Part shown: in pieces, positions 8,659 to 16,704 of the stretch
Layout of the letters: each line of letters opens with the position of its first letter
Position numbering within the stretch: the stretch's first letter is position 1
Assembly (NCBI GenBank): GCA_020438135.1
Contig: JAGQVF010000083.1
Coordinates: 4,415-68,414 of the forward strand
Direction of reading: 5' to 3'
Source of the DNA: Bacteroidales bacterium
GTDB lineage: Bacteria; Bacteroidota; Bacteroidia; Bacteroidales; JAADJA01
DNA length: 64,000 nucleotides
Made by a program: the position numbers and the translations under genes
The notes under the pieces: model-generated
Database searches by the model: none
Told to the model about the DNA's origin: nothing
The model's input: only the letters and a program-made list of their open reading frames with translations

Positions 8659-11436
8659 ATGAAAACTGCTCTATACCTCTTCGTTATATTTATCGTGATT
8701 TCAGCCGGAGCTAAATCACAATACCTTTATAATCCCTCATTTGAAGGACAAATACTGATGATCGGGCCGCCTCCGGATTGGGATATCTGTATTGAAAACA
8801 GCTCCCCCAATGTACAACCAGGTAAATACAATGTTTTTCTTCCTCCCTCTGACGGCATAACCTATATCGGCCTTTACACCCGCGACGACTTTACATGGGA
8901 AGATATAACTACCACCCTGCAAATACCACTGGCCCATGATTCATGTTACACATTAAAAATTGATCTTGCCTTCCAGGATTTTCTTTCGTTTACGTTTGTA
9001 GATCCGGTTGTACTCAAGTTTTATGGTGGTAACAGTGTTTGTGATAAAAGTGTTTTGTTATGGCAGTCGCCCCCGATTTCAAATAACAACTGGCTCACCT
9101 ATGAGTTTGATATTCATAATGATGAATTCGATATAACCGATTTATCGATTGATGCTTATTACGTAGGAACATTTCCATATGCAGGATATGTGTTGTGCGA
9201 TAACATCCGCATTGAACGATACCCTGAGTTTAACCTTGGAAATGATACGACTGTTACCATTTGCTCCAACGACTCGATCCTGCTCGATCCGGGACCCGGG
9301 TATGTTGAATTCCTGTGGCAGGACGGTAGTACTGGACCGGTATATTATGCAGATACAACAGGATTGTATTGGGTGCAGGCATTTAATTCAGAAGGATGTT
9401 CGTGGACCGATTCAATTTATATCACAGTTGAAGAGTATATAGAAATGATCCCTGAAATGATCGATTCAACCTATGTATGCGAGGGACAACAAATCAGTTT
9501 TGAAGTATCGGTTACGAATGGAGCAGGGCCATATTCTTATCAATGGCAGGGTTTTCCTGATACAACTGCAACACTGTCGGTAGTTGCTGATTCAACAACA
9601 TTTTATTATGTTACGATTACCGATAAATGCGGATCATCCATTACGGATTCCGTTAAACTGGTTGTAGCACCTGATCCCGAAATCGATCTTGGCGAAGATA
9701 CACTCGTTTGCATTGACGGAAGTTATGAACTTAACGCTGGAGGTGGGTATTGGAAATATCAATGGCAGGATGGGAATGAGGATTCAATTTATTTGGTAAC
9801 AGAACCAGGTTTATATTGGGTTCAGGTTACTTCGTTTTTTGGTTGTACTGCAGCCGATAGTATTTACATTGATGTTTTTCCCCCCATCAATCTGAATATA
9901 GGAAATGATACGATCCTGTGCCTTGGCGAAGAGCTTACCATCAATGCTCCGACAGGTTTTATAAGTTATCTGTGGCAGGATAATTCGACCAATAACTCTC
10001 TAACTGTTGATTCAACCGGAATATTTTGGGTTGAGGTTACCGATAATAACGGTTGTCATGCAGTTGATTCCATCCTGGTTGAATTTCTTTCATTACCTGA
10101 AATTGATCTCGGAAGTGATTTTAATATATGCGAGGGTGATGATCAAACCATTACGCCCGGTGAGGGGTTCGAAAGCTATCTCTGGCAGGATGGGAGCACG
10201 GGAGAAGCCTTTGTGGTTACCGGTGCAGGAATATATTGGGTAACGGTAGATAACGGTTGTGGTATTGACACCGACTCAATCCAGGTATATGTTGATCCTT
10301 CTCCCCAGGTTGATTTTGGTGCAGATACTGCAATTTGCGAAGGAGAGAGTATTACACTCAATCCCGGATTCGGTTTTGTTAGTTATCTCTGGCAGGATAA
10401 CACCAATAACCCGTTCTATACCGTAGTCAACACAGGAAGCTATTCTGTTACTGTTGAAAATATTTATGGATGTTTTGGTGAAGATGAAATATATATAGAT
10501 ATATCCGATCCGCAGGTTGATCTTGGAGCAGACCGAAATATTTGTGAGGGCGATACACTTATTCTTGAAGCAGGAGAAGGATTTATCCAGTATCAATGGC
10601 AGGATAATTCAGCTAATCAGCAATATGCAGTTGATTCTCCGGGAGCCTATTTTGTTTGGGTTCAGGATCAGGTGGGTTGCACAGCCACCGATACGGTAAA
10701 CATTAGTTACTATCCTTACCCCAATGTGAATCCTACAGAAAATGCAGTGATCTGTGAAGGTGAAACCACCATACTGGAAGCGCCCGAAGGTGAATACACC
10801 TATTATTGGAATGGTATCCCCGGGTCGTCAACACTGGAAATCGCTACACCCGGCCAATACCTGTTGAGCGTGGTGAATCCTTGCGACAGTGTTTCGGGGG
10901 TAATCAATGTAGATGTGAATCCGATTCCCTATGTTAATCTCGGGATTGATCAAATATTACTGCCTGGCGAAACGCTTGAACTCGATGCCGGGTCGGGATA
11001 TGATGAGTATGTTTGGCAAGATGGTTCAGGGAGTCAGTATTTTCTCGTTTCTGAAGCTAACGTTAGTGCAGATAATCCTTTTTATTTTGTTGAAGTTACC
11101 GCAGGTGGTTGCAAAAATAGCGATACCATCAGGATCGAATTGTTCAAAATCTGGGTTCCGGCATTAATCACACCTAACAATGATGGGAAAAACGATTGCT
11201 TTTGTGCTGATCCTGACCGTTGGTCGGGGATCAATGACCATGTGATGTCGGTATTTAACCGATGGGGCGAAAAAATCTGGGAGTCGCAGGATTTTCTTAC
11301 GGGATGGGATGGTAAACGAAATGGCAGACTGGTATCTGATGGCACTTATTACTGGATACTTGAAGTCGACTATGGTGATCAACACCTGAGCCAAACAATG
11401 AAAGGTACCCTTACCTTATTGGGAGGGGATAATTAA
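8659..11436 (+). CDS. Secreted adhesin-like protein with nine SprB-like repeat modules and a T9SS type-B (gliding-motility-associated) C-terminal domain
   Basis: Signal peptide MKTALYLFVIFIVISAGAKSQ. Nine ~75-aa modules follow the pattern LG.D...C.G....L.AG.G...Y.WQDGS...V...G.YWV.V....GC...DSI.V. The C-terminus reads VPALITPNNDGKNDCF...VFNRWGEKIWES...WDGKRNGRLVSDGTYYWILEV. Confidence 0.85.
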   Translation: MKTALYLFVIFIVISAGAKSQYLYNPSFEGQILMIGPPPDWDICIENSSPNVQPGKYNVFLPPSDGITYIGLYTRDDFTWEDITTTLQIPLAHDSCYTLKIDLAFQDFLSFTFVDPVVLKFYGGNSVCDKSVLLWQSPPISNNNWLTYEFDIHNDEFDITDLSIDAYYVGTFPYAGYVLCDNIRIERYPEFNLGNDTTVTICSNDSILLDPGPGYVEFLWQDGSTGPVYYADTTGLYWVQAFNSEGCSWTDSIYITVEEYIEMIPEMIDSTYVCEGQQISFEVSVTNGAGPYSYQWQGFPDTTATLSVVADSTTFYYVTITDKCGSSITDSVKLVVAPDPEIDLGEDTLVCIDGSYELNAGGGYWKYQWQDGNEDSIYLVTEPGLYWVQVTSFFGCTAADSIYIDVFPPINLNIGNDTILCLGEELTINAPTGFISYLWQDNSTNNSLTVDSTGIFWVEVTDNNGCHAVDSILVEFLSLPEIDLGSDFNICEGDDQTITPGEGFESYLWQDGSTGEAFVVTGAGIYWVTVDNGCGIDTDSIQVYVDPSPQVDFGADTAICEGESITLNPGFGFVSYLWQDNTNNPFYTVVNTGSYSVTVENIYGCFGEDEIYIDISDPQVDLGADRNICEGDTLILEAGEGFIQYQWQDNSANQQYAVDSPGAYFVWVQDQVGCTATDTVNISYYPYPNVNPTENAVICEGETTILEAPEGEYTYYWNGIPGSSTLEIATPGQYLLSVVNPCDSVSGVINVDVNPIPYVNLGIDQILLPGETLELDAGSGYDEYVWQDGSGSQYFLVSEANVSADNPFYFVEVTAGGCKNSDTIRIELFKIWVPALITPNNDGKNDCFCADPDRWSGINDHVMSVFNRWGEKIWESQDFLTGWDGKRNGRLVSDGTYYWILEVDYGDQHLSQTMKGTLTLLGGDN

Positions 11437-11451
11437 TCGGGTCAGGAACTG

Positions 11452-11850
11452 CTATAAAAACTTATCCAGCGTTTCGGCCTGCATGTAGTTTACAAAATCC
11501 TCAGTCATTTTCCTTGTTACATTATTAAAAATGCAACGTCCGAAAGGGCAAACCGGATTGTCGAGAGGGCAATCGCCTATGGTTATCTTGCCTTCGATCG
11601 ATTCGTAAAGCTCAAGAAGCGAAATCTCGCCGGCCGGTTTTCTAAGGGTAAAACCACCTGTTGGCCCACGATGGCTGTTGAGGTAGCCATCCTTCACAAG
11701 TCTTTGCATAACTTTGGCTACATGATGTTTTGAGCTGTTTAACTGATCGGCAATTTGAATTACATTGGTTAGCGTCTTCGATTTGGCAACGATTACCATA
11801 CCATGCAAAGCAATAAATGCTGCTTCTGAAAATTGAATAACATGGGCCAT
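11452..11850 (-). CDS. Rrf2-family transcriptional regulator (probable Fe-S cluster-binding)
   Basis: 132 aa. The N-terminal wHTH is LTNVIQIADQLNSSKHHVAKVMQRLVKDGYLNSHRGPTGGFTL. A C-terminal Cys cluster reads CPLDNPVCPFGRC. Confidence 0.9.
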   Translation of the reverse strand: MAHVIQFSEAAFIALHGMVIVAKSKTLTNVIQIADQLNSSKHHVAKVMQRLVKDGYLNSHRGPTGGFTLRKPAGEISLLELYESIEGKITIGDCPLDNPVCPFGRCIFNNVTRKMTEDFVNYMQAETLDKFL

Positions 11851-11879
11851 ACAATACGTATTATATATGTTTTAAATTG

Positions 11880-12050
11880 CTATTTAACAGTGTAATAGCA
11901 CCTTTTAGGACTTGTGATCTTTTCCTGGCTTTTTAATATTTTTATTGCCTTGTCAACATCTGCTTTTTGCAATCCGGTGGCTTCTGCAATTTCACCTGAT
12001 TTCATCGGTTCACCGGTATTTGATAAAACCTCTATGATTTTGTCTTCCAT
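11880..12050 (-). CDS. Small (56 aa) winged-helix DNA-binding-like protein, below the ORF-track size cutoff
   Basis: The reverse-strand ATG at 12050 translates to MEDKIIEVLSNTGEPMKSGEIAEATGLQKADVDKAIKILKSQEKITSPKRCYYTVK, ending at the stop at 11880..11882. The pattern is helix-turn-helix plus wing. It lies 29 nt upstream of the Rrf2 gene on the same strand. Confidence 0.55.
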   Translation of the reverse strand: MEDKIIEVLSNTGEPMKSGEIAEATGLQKADVDKAIKILKSQEKITSPKRCYYTVK

Positions 12051-12303
12051 TGTTTTCAAGTTTTAAGTATTAAATTACTGGTTTGCAAATATATATAAAT
12101 TACAACTGCAATCAATAGCCCGGATTTATACCCAGAATATTTTTCAGTCTCTGAAATGTATTTTGCTGATAATTAAAGTTTTATTGGTGTTTTAAAGAAG
12201 AAAAATAGAATCATTCCAAATAAGGTTGCGGCATCTGGCCAACGTGCATAAACTGATTGTCATCAATTTAAGGTATTTAAGACAATACTTAACGCGATTA
12301 TAC

Positions 12304-12311
12304 TATTTTTG
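12304..12311 (+). promoter_or_regulatory. Bacteroidetes-type -7 box TATTTTTG
   Basis: Matches TAnnTTTG, 28 nt upstream of the ATG at 12340. Confidence 0.4.
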
Positions 12312-12339
12312 ACAATTGATTTTTGACCCGGAATAAAGG

Positions 12340-14304
12340 ATGAAATTATCGGTCGTAATTGTAAACTACAATGTTAGATATTTCCTTGAACAGTGTCTGC
12401 ACTCGGTCAGGAAGTCTGTTGAGGGCCTTGAGGCAGAGGTTTTTGTTGTGGATAACAATTCTGTCGATGGCTCCCAGTCGATGCTGAAAGAGAAATTTCC
12501 TGAAGTAAAGTTAATAGCAAATGATGAGAATGTTGGATTTTCGAAGGCCAATAACCAGGCCATCAAAATAGCTTCAGGCAATTATGTGGTATTGCTCAAT
12601 CCGGATACGGTTGTTGAGGATGATACTTTCAGGAAAGTTGTTGAATTCATGGATGCTCATCCCGATGCCGGCGGCCTTGGTGTAAAAATGGTGGATGGGA
12701 AAGGGCGTTTTCTTCCGGAATCGAAAAGAGGGTTACCAACCCCTGATGTAGCTTTTTATAAAATATTCGGTTTAGCAAGATTATTTCCAAAGTCCAAAAC
12801 CTTTGGCAGATATCACCTGGGATACCTCGATAATGACGAGGTACATGAGGTAGAAATCCTTTCAGGTGCTTTTATGGTATTGAGAAGTTCTGTCCTGGAA
12901 AAGATCGGTTTGCTGGATGAAACTTTTTTTATGTATGGTGAAGATATTGATCTTTCATACCGCATCATCAAGGCCGGCTATAAGAATTATTACTTTCCCG
13001 AAACAAGGATCATTCATTATAAAGGTGAGAGCACAAAAAAGAGCAGTATCAACTATGTTTTTACCTTTTATAATGCGATGATCATTTTCGCAGCTAAACA
13101 CTTTTCCTCAAAAAATGCACGAACGCTTTCAATACTGATCAATTTTGCTGTCTATTTCCGGGCCTTTGTCGCGATATTAAACCGCTTTTTTTCAAAGATT
13201 TTGCTTCCAGGTGCAGATTTTGCCCTTTTAACGCTGGGACTGATTGCCATCAAAAATTATTGGGAAAACAATGTAATTTTCCCGGAGGGAGGTCATTATC
13301 CCCTTACCCTGGTTGCAGTGGCAATTCCACTTTACGTTCTGGTTTGGATTTTCAGTGTATTCATGAGTGGTGGTTATGATAAACCTATACGGTTGGGGCG
13401 AATAATACAGGGTTTGTTGATCGGAACCATCGTAATACTTACTGTATATGCACTGCTACCTGAAGATTACAGGTTTTCGCGGGCAATCATAATTTTTGGA
13501 GCCATCTGGGGAGCTGTATCAATCCCTGGATTAAGGTTTATTCTGCATTTGATGAAGTTTAAGAATTTCAGGATTGGTGTGAAAATGAATAAACGATACC
13601 TGGTGGTTGGAGACAAAAAAGAAGCTGAACGGGTGGCCGCCTTGTTACGCACAGCGGCTATGAATCCCGGATTTATCGGATTGGTAGGTGTTGCACAGAA
13701 AAACGGTAATGGAGATGGATTTATCGGACATGTTGATCAGATAAAAGATATAATACATATCTATAAAATAGATGAGGTAATATTTTGTGCCAAAGACATT
13801 CCTGCAAGGAATATTATCGATAAAATGTCGGAATTAAACATTTCGCAGGTAGGGTTTAAAATTGCACCCCCTGAGAGTTTATCCATTATCGGGAGTCAGA
13901 GTATCAATACCTCAGGTGATATTTATATTGTCGATCTCGATTCGATCACAAAAATCAATAACAAACGAAATAAACGATTTTTAGACATACTTTTAGCCGG
14001 CATTTTTCTCCTGTTTTCTCCAGTTGTTGTATGGGTGATGAAAAATAAATCTGGATTTATAATAAACATTTTTAAGGTAGCCTTCGGACGGAAAACCTGG
14101 GTTGGCTACCGAATGACTGAAAAATCGGAAAGTCATAAACTACCTGGTATTAAGAGGGGAATCCTCAATCCTACCGATGCTTTAAAAGATCAGCATTTCT
14201 CCACTGAAACCATCGACCGGCTTAATTTGCTCTATGCCAGGGATTATAAAATCAGCAATGATCTGAATATTCTATACAATGGTTTCAGAAATTTGGGAAG
14301 ATAG
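12340..14304 (+). CDS. Family-2 glycosyltransferase fused to a membrane region, a Rossmann-like linker and a degenerate polyprenyl-phosphate sugar-transferase domain
   Basis: The N-terminus is GT2-like (KLSVVIVNYNVRYFLEQCL..VVDNNSVDGS, YGEDIDLSYR). Next come ~5 hydrophobic helices and KRYLVVGDKKEAERVAALL. The C-terminal KRFLDILLAGIFLLFSPVVVWV...GRKTWVGY...LPGIKRGILNP...DLNILYNGF resembles a bacterial sugar transferase. Confidence 0.8.
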   Translation: MKLSVVIVNYNVRYFLEQCLHSVRKSVEGLEAEVFVVDNNSVDGSQSMLKEKFPEVKLIANDENVGFSKANNQAIKIASGNYVVLLNPDTVVEDDTFRKVVEFMDAHPDAGGLGVKMVDGKGRFLPESKRGLPTPDVAFYKIFGLARLFPKSKTFGRYHLGYLDNDEVHEVEILSGAFMVLRSSVLEKIGLLDETFFMYGEDIDLSYRIIKAGYKNYYFPETRIIHYKGESTKKSSINYVFTFYNAMIIFAAKHFSSKNARTLSILINFAVYFRAFVAILNRFFSKILLPGADFALLTLGLIAIKNYWENNVIFPEGGHYPLTLVAVAIPLYVLVWIFSVFMSGGYDKPIRLGRIIQGLLIGTIVILTVYALLPEDYRFSRAIIIFGAIWGAVSIPGLRFILHLMKFKNFRIGVKMNKRYLVVGDKKEAERVAALLRTAAMNPGFIGLVGVAQKNGNGDGFIGHVDQIKDIIHIYKIDEVIFCAKDIPARNIIDKMSELNISQVGFKIAPPESLSIIGSQSINTSGDIYIVDLDSITKINNKRNKRFLDILLAGIFLLFSPVVVWVMKNKSGFIINIFKVAFGRKTWVGYRMTEKSESHKLPGIKRGILNPTDALKDQHFSTETIDRLNLLYARDYKISNDLNILYNGFRNLGR

Positions 14305-14372
14305 CAAAATCAATATGCGTGTTAGGTTTCAGCAGCACATCCATACCCGATTCCAAGCTTGAAAAATATTAC

Positions 14373-14380
14373 TAATTTTG
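14373..14380 (+). promoter_or_regulatory. Bacteroidetes-type -7 box TAATTTTG
   Basis: Matches TAnnTTTG, upstream of the E2 gene (ATG 14449). Confidence 0.35.
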
Positions 14381-14448
14381 CAAAACATTTGAAAAAGCCT
14401 GTTGTTTTGAACTAACGGCTTTAAATAAAAATAAATCAAAAAGAATTT

Positions 14449-15750
14449 ATGGCAGCTTTTGAAATAGTGATGCCCAAGTTGGGTGAGAGTATCATAGAGG
14501 CAACCATTACGAAATGGCTGGTGAATGAAGGTGATACAATATCAGAGGAAGATCCGGTAGTGGAAATTGCAACCGATAAAGTTGATTCCGAAATTCCATC
14601 ACCGGTTGACGGCGTAATTACAAAACTACATTATAGTGAGGGTGATACAGTAGCCGTTGGCGCTGTTATCGCACTGGTTGAGATGGATGGTGATGAGGAT
14701 GCAACTGAACCAAAGGCGGGAGAAAAAACAGAGGTGAAGGTCGAAAAAGAGTTTCGTGAACCCGATAAAGCTACTGAAAAGGCTATAAAAGAAGTAGCAC
14801 CCGAATCAGTTGATTTCTCGGATGCCAACAGGTTTTATTCGCCGCTTGTGAAGAGTATTGCAAAAAAAGAGGGAATAACAGTCAATGAACTTGAAAACCT
14901 TACTGGTACCGGTAAAGATGGAAGGGTAACCAAAAAAGACATTCTTCAATATCTCGACGACAGAGGAACAGGCAAGGTTTCTGCTCCGGTTAAACAGACT
15001 GCGGCTAAGACCATCGAAACCCCTGCGGTTCAAGCTGGTGCAGGCGATGAGGTGATTGAAATGGATAGAATGAGAAAACTTATCGCCGATCACATGGTAA
15101 TGTCGAAACAAACATCACCACACGTTACGATGTTTCATGAGGTTGATATGACCAGAATAGTAAACTGGCGTAATCGTATCAAAGATGATTTTCAGAAAAG
15201 GGAAGGGGAGAAGCTGACATTTACACCCATTTTTATTGAGGCTGCTGCCAAAGCTTTGCGTGAATTCCCGTTGGTAAATGCTTCGGTTGATGGCTATTCG
15301 ATCATCAAAAGACGAAACATAAATGTTGGGATGGCCACAGCTCTTCCGAGCGGGAACCTAATCGTTCCGGTTATCAGGAATGCCGATCAGAAAAACCTGG
15401 TTGGTTTGGCTAAGGATGTTAATGACCTGGCTAACAGGGCCCGAAATAATAAACTGAACCCCGACGAAATTCAGGGTGGAACATTTACAATCACCAATTT
15501 CGGTCAATTTGGAAACCTTACAGGAGCACCCATTATCAACCAGCCACAAGTTGGAATTTTGGGAATTGGAACGATCACTAAAAAGCCGGTTGTTGTCAGC
15601 ACCGAAGATGGAGATGTGATAGCAATCAGGCATATGATGATCCTTTCACTGGCTTTTGATCACAGAATTGTTGACGGCGCACTGGGAGGTATGTTCCTTC
15701 AGAAAGTGGCTCAAATACTTGAACAATTTGATACAAACAGAACATCTTAA
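14449..15750 (+). CDS. Dihydrolipoamide acyltransferase, E2 component of a 2-oxoacid dehydrogenase complex
   Basis: Lipoyl domain (EIATDKVDSEIPSP). E3-binding domain (SPLVKSIAKKEGITVNELENLTGTGKDGRVTKKDI). Catalytic domain with DHRIVDGA. Confidence 0.9.
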   Translation: MAAFEIVMPKLGESIIEATITKWLVNEGDTISEEDPVVEIATDKVDSEIPSPVDGVITKLHYSEGDTVAVGAVIALVEMDGDEDATEPKAGEKTEVKVEKEFREPDKATEKAIKEVAPESVDFSDANRFYSPLVKSIAKKEGITVNELENLTGTGKDGRVTKKDILQYLDDRGTGKVSAPVKQTAAKTIETPAVQAGAGDEVIEMDRMRKLIADHMVMSKQTSPHVTMFHEVDMTRIVNWRNRIKDDFQKREGEKLTFTPIFIEAAAKALREFPLVNASVDGYSIIKRRNINVGMATALPSGNLIVPVIRNADQKNLVGLAKDVNDLANRARNNKLNPDEIQGGTFTITNFGQFGNLTGAPIINQPQVGILGIGTITKKPVVVSTEDGDVIAIRHMMILSLAFDHRIVDGALGGMFLQKVAQILEQFDTNRTS

Positions 15751-15787
15751 ATATTTTCTGCTATCTTTTATAAGCTTTTAGAATATA

Positions 15788-15857
15788 AGTCATTCCGGTT
15801 AAATCATCGAAACTTTCTCACTACTTGCAAAAATTGATGACCGGGATGACTTTTTTT
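15788..15857 (+). terminator. 12-bp stem (one G-U pair) enclosing ~40 nt, followed by T7: probable terminator of the E2 gene
   Basis: agtcattccggt (15788..15799) pairs with accgggatgact (15840..15851). A T-run then extends to 15857. Confidence 0.5.
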
Positions 15858-15871
15858 AATTTTCAGAACCA

Positions 15872-16696
15872 ATGGAACTAAACCTTACAAAACCGATTAT
15901 TTTTCTTGATCTGGAAACAACAGGTATCAATGTAGCAACTGACCGTATCATCGAGATAAGTTTAATAAAGATAAATCCCGATGCTGAAAAGGAAGTGCTT
16001 ACACAACGCTTAAATCCTACTGTACCTGTTTCAGCACAAGCCTTTGCCGTACATGGTATTTCAGACGAAGATCTGAAAGATGAGCCAACGTTTGCCGATT
16101 TGGCATCCAGGTTTTTAACTTTTATCGGAAATGCTGATCTGGCCGGCTACAACGCTATTAAATTTGATGTGCCATTGCTGGTGGAAGAATTCCTCAGGGT
16201 TGATGTAGATTTCGATATTAAAAACCGAAGGTTGGTGGATGTTCAGAATATATTTCATAAAATGGAACCCCGAAATCTTTCCGCAGCCTACAGATTTTAT
16301 TGCAACCGGGATCTGGTTAACGCCCATAGTGCCGAAGCCGATGCCATGGCCACATACGAAATCCTGAAAGCCCAATTGGATAAATACGATGGTGTGGCTT
16401 ATGAAGATAAAACAGGCAAGGTATCCCAACCTGTTGAAAATGATGTAAACAAACTTTCAGCTTTTTCTTACCATAATAAAAATGCTGATTTGATCGGACA
16501 TATTATCTACAACGATAAGGGAGCAGAGGTGTTTAATTTCGGTAAATATAAAGGCAAATCTGTCGAACAGCAATTCAGGAAAGAACCCCAGTATTACGAC
16601 TGGATGATGAAAAGCCAGTTTCCCTTATCAACCAAAAAAGTGATAACTGCTATTTATCTTCGTGGATTCAACAACGAATCGGTAAACATGAGGTAG
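15872..16696 (+). CDS. DEDDh 3'-5' exonuclease (DnaQ/epsilon-like) domain protein
   Basis: Exo I motif IIFLDLETTG, HSAEADAMATYEIL (Exo III, DEDDh), plus a ~90-aa C-terminal extension. Confidence 0.85.
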   Translation: MELNLTKPIIFLDLETTGINVATDRIIEISLIKINPDAEKEVLTQRLNPTVPVSAQAFAVHGISDEDLKDEPTFADLASRFLTFIGNADLAGYNAIKFDVPLLVEEFLRVDVDFDIKNRRLVDVQNIFHKMEPRNLSAAYRFYCNRDLVNAHSAEADAMATYEILKAQLDKYDGVAYEDKTGKVSQPVENDVNKLSAFSYHNKNADLIGHIIYNDKGAEVFNFGKYKGKSVEQQFRKEPQYYDWMMKSQFPLSTKKVITAIYLRGFNNESVNMR

Positions 16697-16704
16697 TGCG
16701 AATT

